Of a DNA stretch of 64,000 nucleotides, positions 27,905 to 37,114 are shown piece by piece; within the stretch, counting starts at the first letter, position 1; each line of letters starts with the position of its first letter. Origin of the DNA: Bacteroidales bacterium (lineage in GTDB: Bacteria > Bacteroidota > Bacteroidia > Bacteroidales > DTGW01); the NCBI GenBank assembly GCA_049968755.1, contig JBMFQE010000012.1, forward strand, positions 12,608 through 76,607, given 5' to 3'. The notes beneath the pieces were generated by a model. The model was not told the origin of the DNA and did not search any database. It saw only the letters and a program-made list of their open reading frames with translations. Both the position numbers and the translations under genes were made by a program.

Positions 27905-30757
27905 ATGATTGAACAAAAAGGAACAAGATTAAGTAAACTGGCTAAGGAACTCAATGTAGGGATATCAACTATAGTGGATTTTCTTAAAAAAAGGGGGCAT
28001 CATATTGACCCCAATCCCAACACCAAGGTATCCCCCGAGGTGGTTGCTTTGCTCGAGAAAGAATTTAGCAGCGCCATGGCCTTAAAGAAGGAATCGGAAA
28101 AAATTTCCCTCAACCTGTTGCACGAAAAAAAACAAAGCATCTCCATCAACGATATTGAGACTTCCCAGGATGAAACCGAAGAAGAAACCGAAGAAGAACC
28201 CCCTGTAATTAGCCTTAGACCCAAGGAAAAGATCGAGCTTAAAGTTCTCGGCAAAATTGACCTGAACAAACCCAGGGTTAAACCTGAGACTGACACTGCC
28301 CCTGCTACAAAAAAAACAGAGGAACCATCCAAACCCGAGCCTGTTGCTGAAACACAACCTGAACAACCCAAAGAAGAGATAGTCAAACCTAAAGTTAAAA
28401 TTGAGCCCCCCAAGGTAGTGGGGAAAATTGACCTTACTCCGCCCACTACCGAGACACCCGCAAAAATTGCTAAAAAAACAGAAACTGCCAAAACTGCTGA
28501 AACACCTGTAGAAGAAACACCTTCAGAATCTTTAAATACAGAACCCCCCGTCCAAACCGAAGAGGATCAGGTCATAAGGGTGAAGGTTGAAAAACTGAGC
28601 GGGCCAAAAGTGGTGGGTAAAATTGATCTTCCCGACGAAAAAGAAAAAGAAAAAGAAAATAAAAAACTGGTACTCTCGTCGAGCGATCTCGATGATCGTT
28701 TTGGGAAAAAGAAAAAACGCAAGCGCATAAAAATAGAACTCTCAAAAGTACCCGTTTCGCAGGATCAGCAACAGGCCGATAAACCCAAAGAAAAGACAAT
28801 TGAAGTTAAGCTAAGAAAAGATAAGAAAAAAACCAAAAAAGTATTCCGGCAGGAAATCGACGAGGAAGAAGTACAAAAGCAAATTAAAGAAACCCTGGCA
28901 AGGCTTACCTCGAAGGGCAAGACAAAGGCTGCCAAATATCGCAGGGAAAAACGTGAAGAAATACGCGAACGACTGCAGGCAGAACTCGAACAGCAAGAAA
29001 AAGAAAAATCTATTCTGCGTGTTACCGAATTTGTTACAGCCAATGAGCTGGCCACCATGATGAACATTCCGGTGACCCAGCTTATCTCCACCTGCATGAG
29101 TATAGGTTTGTTTGTCTCAATTAATCAGCGCCTGGATGCTGAAACCATTTCGCTGCTTGCCGAAGAATATAATTATAAGGTTGAGTTTGTTAGCGCCGAA
29201 CTCCAGGAAGCCATTGAAGACGAGGAAGATAATCCGGAAGATTTGCAACCTCGCCCACCGATTGTGACGGTGATGGGACATGTGGACCATGGGAAAACCA
29301 AACTGCTCGACTTTATTCGTAACACCAACGTGGTTGCAGGCGAAGCTGGGGGTATAACACAGCACATTGGTGCCTACAGCGTAACCCTCGATGATGGTCG
29401 CCAGATTACCTTCCTGGACACCCCGGGTCACGAGGCATTTACGGCTATGCGTGCCCGAGGTGCAAAAATTACCGATGTGGCTGTTATCGTAGTCGCAGCC
29501 GATGATGGTGTAAAACCCCAAACCAAGGAGGCTATCAACCATGCACTGGCTGCTGGGGTACCCATTGTGTTTGCTATTAACAAGATCGACCTGCCTACTG
29601 CCAACCCCGACCGGGTACGCGAAGAGCTAGCCCAGATGAACATTCTGGTTGAAGAATGGGGGGGTAAATACCAAACGCAGGAAATATCGGCAAAAACAGG
29701 GTTGAACGTTGATAAACTACTCGAAAAAGTTTTGCTTGAAGCCGAAATGCTTGACTTAAAGGCTAATCCCAATCGTCGGGCTAAAGGTACCGTTATCGAA
29801 TCTTCACTCGACAAAGGAAGAGGCTATGTAGCCACAGTGCTGGTATCGACAGGTACCCTGCGCGTAGGCGATCTGGTACTGGCAGGCACCAGCTGGGGTA
29901 AGGTTAAGGCCATGTTCAACGAACGTAATAAACGCATTGAAGCAGCTGGCCCCTCCACCCCCGTGCTTATTCTTGGCCTGAACGGCGCCCCTCAGGCAGG
30001 TGACGAATTCCACGTGCTTACCGACGAAAAAGAAGCCAAGGAAATTGCTCTCAAACGCGAACAATTGCAACGTGAACAGGAACTTAGAACACGCAAGCAC
30101 ATTACTCTCGATGAAATTGGACGCCGAATTGCTATTGGCAACTTTAAAGAACTTAACATCATTGTCAAAGGCGACGTCGATGGTTCGGTAGAAGCACTAT
30201 CCGACTCGCTCATTAAACTTTCCACCGAAGAAATTCAGGTAAATATCATCCATAAGGCCGTTGGTCAAATATCCGAATCGGACGTATTGCTGGCTGCTGC
30301 ATCCAATGCCATTATCATTGGTTTCCAGGTACGTCCCTCGATGAATGCCCGCAAGCTGGCCGAAAAGGAACAAATCGAAATCCGTCTATATTCGATTATA
30401 TACGACGCCATCGAAGACCTTAAGGACGCTATGGAGGGAATGCTTTCCCCCATCATCAAGGAAGAAATTGTGGCTACCCTCGAGGTACTCGAAATTTTCA
30501 AAATCTCGAAAGTGGGAACCGTCGCTGGCTGCATGTGCCGTGAAGGCAAAATACAGCGTAACTCAAAAGTACGGGTCATCCGCGATGGTATTGTGGTATA
30601 CTCGGGCGAACTGGGATCACTCAAACGTTTTAAAGACGATGTAAAAGAGGTTGTTGCCGGACAAGACTGCGGCCTTACCATCGAAAACTTTAACGACATT
30701 AAGGTTGGCGACGTGATTGAAGCCTATGTGGAAACAGAAGTGAAGAAAAGACTATAA
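27905..30757 (+). CDS. infB: translation initiation factor IF-2
   Basis: 950 aa. K/E/P-rich N-terminal region followed by a GTPase domain ([26 protein letters not shown]). Confidence 0.96.
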   Translation: MIEQKGTRLSKLAKELNVGISTIVDFLKKRGHHIDPNPNTKVSPEVVALLEKEFSSAMALKKESEKISLNLLHEKKQSISINDIETSQDETEEETEEEPPVISLRPKEKIELKVLGKIDLNKPRVKPETDTAPATKKTEEPSKPEPVAETQPEQPKEEIVKPKVKIEPPKVVGKIDLTPPTTETPAKIAKKTETAKTAETPVEETPSESLNTEPPVQTEEDQVIRVKVEKLSGPKVVGKIDLPDEKEKEKENKKLVLSSSDLDDRFGKKKKRKRIKIELSKVPVSQDQQQADKPKEKTIEVKLRKDKKKTKKVFRQEIDEEEVQKQIKETLARLTSKGKTKAAKYRREKREEIRERLQAELEQQEKEKSILRVTEFVTANELATMMNIPVTQLISTCMSIGLFVSINQRLDAETISLLAEEYNYKVEFVSAELQEAIEDEEDNPEDLQPRPPIVTVMGHVDHGKTKLLDFIRNTNVVAGEAGGITQHIGAYSVTLDDGRQITFLDTPGHEAFTAMRARGAKITDVAVIVVAADDGVKPQTKEAINHALAAGVPIVFAINKIDLPTANPDRVREELAQMNILVEEWGGKYQTQEISAKTGLNVDKLLEKVLLEAEMLDLKANPNRRAKGTVIESSLDKGRGYVATVLVSTGTLRVGDLVLAGTSWGKVKAMFNERNKRIEAAGPSTPVLILGLNGAPQAGDEFHVLTDEKEAKEIALKREQLQREQELRTRKHITLDEIGRRIAIGNFKELNIIVKGDVDGSVEALSDSLIKLSTEEIQVNIIHKAVGQISESDVLLAAASNAIIIGFQVRPSMNARKLAEKEQIEIRLYSIIYDAIEDLKDAMEGMLSPIIKEEIVATLEVLEIFKISKVGTVAGCMCREGKIQRNSKVRVIRDGIVVYSGELGSLKRFKDDVKEVVAGQDCGLTIENFNDIKVGDVIEAYVETEVKKRL

Positions 30758-30805
30758 TCTCCCTCCTGCAGAACCCAAAAGTTCAAAAGCAATTTACCAA
30801 TACTT

Positions 30806-30838
30806 ATCCGGTAGTTAGTTACGCTGCCGGATTTTTTT
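30806..30838 (+). terminator. intrinsic terminator of infB
   Basis: ATCCGG(TAG)...(CGCT)GCCGGAT stem followed by a T7 run, 49 nt after the infB stop. Confidence 0.7.
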
Positions 30839-30964
30839 CCCTACCTGATTTGCCTGTCAAGCCGGTAATTGAACCTGCCTAAAACCCGATTGCCCCCTTT
30901 CAACTTTTTATAGGAAAATAAACAAAAAGCAAATCGTCATTAGCCGAAAATGCATATTTTTCCT

Positions 30965-30972
30965 TATCTTTG
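30965..30972 (+). promoter_or_regulatory. -7 promoter box (TATCTTTG) for kdsB
   Basis: Exact TAnnTTTG match, 38 nt upstream of the kdsB ATG. Confidence 0.5.
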
Positions 30973-31009
30973 CTATCATCCAATACTACTTAAATAATCT
31001 AATCACATC

Positions 31010-31753
31010 ATGAATTTTATAGGAATTATCCCTGCCCGTTATGCTTCCACGCGTTTTCCTGGCAAACCGCTGTTAGACATTAATGGCAAAAGCATGATAC
31101 AACGTGTTTATGAGCAGGCTGGCAAAGCACTTGAATATGTGGTGGTGGCCACTGATGATGAGCGTATCTATAAGCATGTGGAAGCCTTTGGCGGCCGGGT
31201 AGTAATGACTTCCGACAAGCATCGCAGCGGGACCGATCGATGCGCTGAAGCGATACGAAAGATTCAACCCGATTTTCCCAACGTATCATTTGATGTAGTC
31301 ATCAACATTCAGGGCGACGAGCCGTTTATCCAGCCCGAACAACTGCGACTGCTCAAAAGCTGCTTCGAGGATGAAATTTCCATTGCAACCCTTGCTAAAC
31401 CTATTACCACGCCAGATGAACTTTTTAACCCTAATGTGGTAAAAGTGATTGTTAACCGAAACAACCGGGCATTGTATTTCAGCCGTTCGGTTATTCCCTA
31501 TCAGCGCAATGCAGAGCAAACAACATGGGTGAGTTCGTTCCAATACCTTAAACACATCGGCATTTATGCCTACAAAGTATCTACGCTTAAGGAAATAACG
31601 CTATTATCCCCCTCATCGCTGGAAATTGCCGAATCGTTGGAGCAAAATCGCTGGCTTGAAAACGAATATTCCATTTACGTGCAGCCCACCAACCTGGAAA
31701 CCATTGCCATCGATACGCCTGAAGATCTGGAAAAAGTTCGAAACATGATTTGA
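31010..31753 (+). CDS. kdsB: 3-deoxy-manno-octulosonate cytidylyltransferase (CMP-KDO synthetase)
   Basis: 247 aa with IIPARYASTRFPGKPL and NIQGDEPFI. Confidence 0.93.
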   Translation: MNFIGIIPARYASTRFPGKPLLDINGKSMIQRVYEQAGKALEYVVVATDDERIYKHVEAFGGRVVMTSDKHRSGTDRCAEAIRKIQPDFPNVSFDVVINIQGDEPFIQPEQLRLLKSCFEDEISIATLAKPITTPDELFNPNVVKVIVNRNNRALYFSRSVIPYQRNAEQTTWVSSFQYLKHIGIYAYKVSTLKEITLLSPSSLEIAESLEQNRWLENEYSIYVQPTNLETIAIDTPEDLEKVRNMI

Positions 31754-31793
31754 GCCATCATCAAAAGGTCATGCCAATAACAGCAGAATGTTC

Positions 31794-32489
31794 TTAGTGA
31801 ATTAAACCATTATCGGCAAAACTGTAATAGCCGGTGGCCGACACAATGAGATGATCGAGAAGTTGAATATCCAGTAATTTGCCTGCATCGGCAATTTTTT
31901 GGGTAAAATTAATATCCTCATGGCTGGGTTGAAGATTTCCTGAAGGATGATTATGGCAAAGAATCAGCTGGGTAGCCATTCGGTCGAGCGCCGTTTTCAG
32001 GATAAGCCGCACATCGGTTACGGTTCCTGCAATCCCTCCCTGACTGATACGACAGGTGTCGATAACCATGTTGGCACGATTTAGTACCAGCATCCAGAAT
32101 TCCTCATGGGGCAGATCGCGTAGCAGAGGGATGAATATTTGAGCCACATCGCTGCTAGAGGTAATTTTTTTGCGTTCGATGACAGGCTCCATGCTTCGTC
32201 TTTTACCCAGTTCGAGGGCAGCCAGCAAGCGAACAGCCTTAGCCTCACCAATACCTTTTAATTTACACAACCGTCGTAAGTCAAACTTGGCCAGCTCATT
32301 CAGGTTATTGTTTGCTTTTTGCAGCAACTTTTGGGCTAATGCTACTGCGGTATCCTCAATGGTTCCGCTTCCAAAAAGAATAGCTATTAGTTCGGCATTA
32401 GAGAGTGCACCGGCGCCCTTCTGGATCATTTTTTCACGGGGTCGGTCATCGACAGCCCACTCCTTGATAGTTAGTTTTTCGGGATGCAT
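31794..32489 (-). CDS. radC: RadC-family JAB-domain protein
   Basis: 231 aa with an N-terminal HhH-like part (KGIGEAKAVRLLAALELGKR) and a JAMM motif (HNHPSGNLQPSHED). Confidence 0.9.
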   Translation of the reverse strand: MHPEKLTIKEWAVDDRPREKMIQKGAGALSNAELIAILFGSGTIEDTAVALAQKLLQKANNNLNELAKFDLRRLCKLKGIGEAKAVRLLAALELGKRRSMEPVIERKKITSSSDVAQIFIPLLRDLPHEEFWMLVLNRANMVIDTCRISQGGIAGTVTDVRLILKTALDRMATQLILCHNHPSGNLQPSHEDINFTQKIADAGKLLDIQLLDHLIVSATGYYSFADNGLIH

Positions 32490-32499
32490 GGGTTGGATT

Positions 32500-33846
32500 T
32501 TATTGTGATTTCAGATAGGGTTTTAGTGACGAAAGCAACGGATCGTTCATAGCCTTAGCCAGGGGTATGCCGGCCCGAAGAGCAATGGTAAGTTCTTCCA
32601 GTGCCTGTTGTACCTTGTTTTCGTGAGCATACCTGCAGGCCATAAAATAATGGTAATCGGCATTTTCGGGGTCGGCCATGCCATAGATCGAAAGGATATA
32701 TCCTACAGCATTCCAGTTACCCTGCCGAATAGCAGCCTGTGCATAGCTATAGGACAGCAAACTCACATAGGCCAGCAAGCGTTTGTGCACTGCCAGCATT
32801 TCCGTATCCTTACCCTGTTGCTTCTGCCACTGGCCAAGGGTAGTGATCCACCATTCGAGAGGCCGACTTCCCATGGCCTGTCGGATTATTTCCTGTTGTT
32901 CCTCCTCATATTTCTCGGCAGCAATTTTACTATCGAGCAACGACACAATCGACTTTTGCTGAAGCAACGAATCATAGCTTTGCCGGATGGGTTTTGTGTC
33001 GGCAATCGGACCATATATCGAGAGAAAAATGCGCATGGCTTCTATTGTATGCCAAAGACTGTCGGGGGTATAAAGCTTCAGGTGGTTCAGTAAATCCTGC
33101 TTCTCCTTTTCCAATCGTTCTTTTACGAAAGCCGAACGGTTAAATTCAACGCTGTCGAGGCTCCATATCTGTAAAATATCCATAGCCCTGTACAGCGATG
33201 ACCGTGGAGGCCACTGGTGGGGTCCCTCGAAGGTAAGGAAACAATGTTTGCATAAAGCCGTGTTAATATTATTATCAGAAAAACGGGTTTCGAGGTAATT
33301 CATATCATAAGTACCCGCAATGAGTATCACAGGAACACATTTACCCATGGGATAATAACCAGCCGAGCAAGAAATGAGACCAGCCACCGGTGCCAGCTGA
33401 GAAAAAATTCCAGCTACCCTGGCTCCCCCCGAAAATCCTGCTGCGAAAATTCGGGTGGTATCTACCCATAGCTTATCCCGTACGTCGCGATACAGTTGAT
33501 TCAAATACAGGACAATTTCCTCCTGCGTCTGACCATTTTGCAAGGTAGCCGAAGCAATGATTATCATCCCATGCTCCTCGGCATAATCCCTGAATAAACT
33601 GATAGCCAGCCTGGCATCGGCATGCGGATCGAAGCAAAAAAGCACGGGAAATGAATGATCTATAGAAAATTTGGTGGGTAGATAGGCAATATAACGATTG
33701 TAATCGCTACCGCGGCAGGAAAGTGCTGTCGCCTCTCCTTTACTTACTTGCCCATAAAATTCCTTCTGCTGCCTGGAAGGCTGGTAAGAACAACTAACGA
33801 AAAAAAAACCGACAATTGCTATTTCAAATATTTTCATAATATGCAA
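32500..33846 (-). CDS. alpha/beta-hydrolase (esterase-like) lipoprotein with helical-repeat C-terminal half
   Basis: 448 aa with a lipobox (FFVSCS) and a nucleophile elbow GFSGG. The C-terminal about 200 aa is helical and TPR-like (AYVSLLSYSYAQAAIRQGNW...). Confidence 0.65.
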   Translation of the reverse strand: MHIMKIFEIAIVGFFFVSCSYQPSRQQKEFYGQVSKGEATALSCRGSDYNRYIAYLPTKFSIDHSFPVLFCFDPHADARLAISLFRDYAEEHGMIIIASATLQNGQTQEEIVLYLNQLYRDVRDKLWVDTTRIFAAGFSGGARVAGIFSQLAPVAGLISCSAGYYPMGKCVPVILIAGTYDMNYLETRFSDNNINTALCKHCFLTFEGPHQWPPRSSLYRAMDILQIWSLDSVEFNRSAFVKERLEKEKQDLLNHLKLYTPDSLWHTIEAMRIFLSIYGPIADTKPIRQSYDSLLQQKSIVSLLDSKIAAEKYEEEQQEIIRQAMGSRPLEWWITTLGQWQKQQGKDTEMLAVHKRLLAYVSLLSYSYAQAAIRQGNWNAVGYILSIYGMADPENADYHYFMACRYAHENKVQQALEELTIALRAGIPLAKAMNDPLLSSLKPYLKSQ

Positions 33847-33972
33847 TGCTACCTGTCAATTTTTTAACCTACTTTAAAGTATCAATATTTGCGATAAATT
33901 TACCAAAATTTTTAAAGAAAGCTGTTCTATCCTCGATAAAACACTTCAATAACATTATACAGCAAATTCTCC

Positions 33973-35196
33973 ATGACACAGTCGCAATACCAATGGGTAG
34001 TTTTTCAAGTAGGCTCACGCGAGCATTATGCAATTCCCAGAATGTTTCATAAAAAGCAAGAATTATTGGTATTTGTAACCGATATATGGGTTCGTCCCGA
34101 TTCGTGGCTTGCCTGGCTATTACGTATCTTTAAGATTCCCTTTAATACGCGATACCATTATGAATTGAAAAATGCACGCGTTATACATTTTAGCTATTTA
34201 TTTCTTCTGATTGATGTACTAAGCAAATTCGGCTTTTTACGAAGATTGATCAATCGGGATAAAATAGCAAGTTTAGTTTTTGCCAGCTGCGTATGGTTTT
34301 TGCCCGATCGTAAGTTGGTAGTATTTTCTTACAATTATGTTGCCTACTATCTTTTCAAACTGTTGCAACGAAAAAATATTCCGTGCATTCTGGGACAGAT
34401 TGATGCAGGGCCCAAGGCAGGAGAAATAAATCGTCGGTTATTTCAAGAATGTTTTTCGAACAAAGTTAAGCCCGAGGAAGATTTATATCTCAGCTATGGA
34501 AAAAAATGGCAGAAAGAGTGTGAATGGGCTCAGGCCATCGTTGTAAATTCGGAATGGAGCAAAAAAATGTTAATAGCGGCAGGCATAGGGGAAAAAAAGA
34601 TGAAGGTAATACCTTTAGCCTATTCACAACCTGAAGCAAGTAGAAGTTTTGAACGTGATTTTCCTAAAGCCTTTTCGGAACAACGTCCGTTAAGGGTGTT
34701 GTTTATGGGTTCATTGAAATTGCTGAAAGGTATTTACCCTTTGATACAAGCAATACATAACTTAAAAAACCTTCCTGTTGAATTTTATCTGGTAGGAAGC
34801 ATAAGAATCCCCTTCTATCTGATAGACAATCTTCCACCCAATTGCCACATTGTTAACAGGGTAGCCAAAGAAAAAACGAACGATTATTACAAGTTTTGCG
34901 ACGTTATGATATTACCGACATATTCGGACGGTTTTGCAATTACACAGCTTGAGGCTCAAGCCTGGAAATTGCCGATAATAGCTTCGGAGTATTGTGCACG
35001 AATTATTTCACATAACAAAAATGGCCTTGTATTGAATAAAGTCGACGCAGAAGCAATACAGACAGCCATACTAGAAATAATAAATAATCCCGAGAAGCTT
35101 AAATATTTTTCAGCCAATGCGATTGACATGAACGAATTTTCGCTGGAAAAAATTTATGAGCAGTACAAGCAATTATTAGAGTATACCAACCAATGA
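33973..35196 (+). CDS. glycosyltransferase family 4-like protein
   Basis: 407 aa. The C-terminal GT-B half has DVMILPTYSDGFAITQLEAQAWKLPIIASE (an E-x7-E type motif). Confidence 0.8.
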   Translation: MTQSQYQWVVFQVGSREHYAIPRMFHKKQELLVFVTDIWVRPDSWLAWLLRIFKIPFNTRYHYELKNARVIHFSYLFLLIDVLSKFGFLRRLINRDKIASLVFASCVWFLPDRKLVVFSYNYVAYYLFKLLQRKNIPCILGQIDAGPKAGEINRRLFQECFSNKVKPEEDLYLSYGKKWQKECEWAQAIVVNSEWSKKMLIAAGIGEKKMKVIPLAYSQPEASRSFERDFPKAFSEQRPLRVLFMGSLKLLKGIYPLIQAIHNLKNLPVEFYLVGSIRIPFYLIDNLPPNCHIVNRVAKEKTNDYYKFCDVMILPTYSDGFAITQLEAQAWKLPIIASEYCARIISHNKNGLVLNKVDAEAIQTAILEIINNPEKLKYFSANAIDMNEFSLEKIYEQYKQLLEYTNQ

Positions 35197-35236
35197 GTTG
35201 TCATAAAAAACATTTCCGATTTACAATATAAATAAT

Positions 35237-35244
35237 TACCTTTG
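35237..35244 (+). promoter_or_regulatory. -7 promoter box (TACCTTTG) for tRNA-Cys
   Basis: Exact TAnnTTTG match, 14 nt upstream of the tRNA 5' end. Confidence 0.55.
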
Positions 35245-35257
35245 CAGCATTCTAAGC

Positions 35258-35328
35258 GGTCGGTTGGCCGAGTGGCTAGGCAGCGGTCTGCAAAACCGCG
35301 TACGGCGGTTCGAATCCGCCACCGACCT
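35258..35328 (+). tRNA. tRNA-Cys (anticodon GCA)
   Basis: Folds manually into a cloverleaf. Acceptor stem is GGTCGGT/ACCGACC and the anticodon stem GCGGT/ACCGC with loop CTGCAAA. The T arm is GGCGG-TTCGAAT-CCGCC. Discriminator is U, as expected for Cys. No CCA is encoded. Confidence 0.92.
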
Positions 35329-35352
35329 CGTTAATTTTTCGTCACTTACTTC

Positions 35353-36744
35353 TTAGGGCATTTTAAGAAGCTCAATTTCAGCAATAGTTTTAGGCACCGG
35401 ATCACCCAGTACACGGCAGCCATCAGCTGTTATCACCACATCATCCTCGATACGAATACCCCCAAACTGCATGTAGGATTGCAACCGATCGTAGTGAATA
35501 TACTGGCTAAATTTACCTTCTGTTTTCCATTGGTTAATGAGCAAGGGGATAAAATAGATACCGGGTTCGACTGTTAGCACCAACCCTTCTTTGAGCATTT
35601 TCCCATAGCGTAAATATCGGGTACCAAATACCTCACTTCGCTGTACCTGTGCATCATAGCCAGTATTTTGCTCCCCGAGGTCTTCCATGTCGTGCACATC
35701 GAGTCCCATCAGGTGTCCAAGCCCATGCGGAAAAAACAGGGCGTGGGCTCCCTGCTCCACGATTTCTTCGGTATCGCCCGACATGAGCCCAAGTGCTTTA
35801 AATCCTTCAACCATCACCCTGCAGGCATTTTTATGTACCGACATATAAGTTACTCCGGGACGCATCATCTCAATCGCCCTCCGTTGCATGTCAAGCACCA
35901 GCTGATATATTTCGGCTTGTTGTAAGGAAAAAGTTTGCGACACAGGATATACCCGCGTGAGGTCGGTGGCATAGTGCATGCGACTCTCGCTTCCTGCGTC
36001 TACCAGCAGCAGTTGCCCCTCCTGAAGTATATTCGCATACGACTCGTTGTGTAAATAGTGACCGTTAACCGAACAAATGGAAGGAAAAGCCAGCTGGCAC
36101 CCCTGTGCTTTTGCAATATTTTCAATAGCTGCTGCTATTTCAGACTCGCGCTTGCCAGGTTCGCTCATGCGAAGGGCCATGAGAAACATTTCAGAGGTAA
36201 CTTGATTGATCGTCAGCTCAATTTCATTAAGCTCATCCTTATCTTTTACCGAACGCTGGGATACAACGGCTGCAATCAAATCGGAAGATGCCTGACCCTT
36301 AACCTCCTGTGGGGCAATTGCCAACCATTCCGACAGCTGCAACAAACGGTCGCACCGGTAGGGAGGCAGATAATGGATTGGCCGCTTGAGTTGCATAGCC
36401 GCAGTCAAATAATTCTCCAGACGAACCCGGGGAAAAACCTTACTTACACCCGACTTTTGCGCCAGATCGTTCAAGGCAGGATACTCCCCAACCCATATCA
36501 AATCATCGAGAGAAAGATCATTTCCAAAAAGATAACTTTCACCCGAGTCGACATCGATTACCCCCACCAGATCGGGCAAATCGATACCAAAGTAATATAA
36601 GAAATGGCTGTCCTGTCGAAAAGGATAGGGATTCCCCGCATAGTTCATGGGAACGCGGCTATTGGCGGGCAAAAGCACAATACCCGAGGTCAGCAGTTCA
36701 ACCAGCTGATTTCGACGGTTTACATATTTGTCTCCGGAAAACAT
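35353..36744 (-). CDS. pepP: Xaa-Pro aminopeptidase (M24B)
   Basis: 463 aa with an AMP_N-type N-terminal domain and metal-ligand motifs DAGSE, HGLGHLMGLDVHD and TVEPGIY. Confidence 0.9.
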   Translation of the reverse strand: MFSGDKYVNRRNQLVELLTSGIVLLPANSRVPMNYAGNPYPFRQDSHFLYYFGIDLPDLVGVIDVDSGESYLFGNDLSLDDLIWVGEYPALNDLAQKSGVSKVFPRVRLENYLTAAMQLKRPIHYLPPYRCDRLLQLSEWLAIAPQEVKGQASSDLIAAVVSQRSVKDKDELNEIELTINQVTSEMFLMALRMSEPGKRESEIAAAIENIAKAQGCQLAFPSICSVNGHYLHNESYANILQEGQLLLVDAGSESRMHYATDLTRVYPVSQTFSLQQAEIYQLVLDMQRRAIEMMRPGVTYMSVHKNACRVMVEGFKALGLMSGDTEEIVEQGAHALFFPHGLGHLMGLDVHDMEDLGEQNTGYDAQVQRSEVFGTRYLRYGKMLKEGLVLTVEPGIYFIPLLINQWKTEGKFSQYIHYDRLQSYMQFGGIRIEDDVVITADGCRVLGDPVPKTIAEIELLKMP

Positions 36745-37079
36745 AAACCAGCTTTTTTCAAATTATAAGGTAAAGATAAAATATTTCAGGTAGGCTGATG
36801 ATGTAAAATGCAAAAAAAGATTTTATAACCTGGAATAAATCTGGGTTAAACTACTGTTCGATTCTTTATGGTCAATAGCTACATTCCAAAAACCTACCAG
36901 TTCTGATCCTAACTGCCTGGCAACCGAATTAAACCCAAGTATTCCCATGATTCGAAAGAGAAAATTATAGGGTATTGCAATAAAGTGTATTTTGTACCCA
37001 AAAATGTAGTAAGTTTCTTGTATGGTCATGTAGTATGTTTCTCGTATGATGCCACTTGGATGTGGGAAGGTACCTAATA

Positions 37080-37087
37080 TAATTTTG
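37080..37087 (+). promoter_or_regulatory. -7 promoter box (TAATTTTG) for the glucanase gene
   Basis: Exact TAnnTTTG match, 28 nt upstream of the ATG at 37115. Confidence 0.45.
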
Positions 37088-37114
37088 TTAGTACTAATCC
37101 ACTAACCAAAAATC

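Noticed and set aside
28130-28900. Repetitive-looking GAAGAA/AAAGAA/CCCAAA-rich DNA that might be taken for a tandem repeat or repeat element
   Set aside because: It is in frame within infB and encodes the K/E/P-rich, low-complexity N-terminal region usual for IF-2. It is not a separate element.
31794-32489. RadC/JAB gene as a marker of a mobile or defence element
   Set aside because: It is a single gene flanked by kdsB and an esterase lipoprotein, with no partner anti-restriction, toxin or phage genes. This is consistent with the ordinary chromosomal radC.
35197-35352. tRNA-Cys as a possible integration hotspot or genomic-island border
   Set aside because: There is no integrase, no direct repeat of the tRNA 3' end and no visibly atypical gene content on either side (GT4 and pepP). 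Nothing supports an island.
36823-37029. 68-aa minus-strand ORF in the 370-nt gap between pepP and the glucanase gene
   Set aside because: It has no recognisable motif, no promoter box in the right place and a hydrophobic, aromatic-rich odd composition. I cannot support it as a gene. The gap is better described as the upstream region of the glucanase gene.
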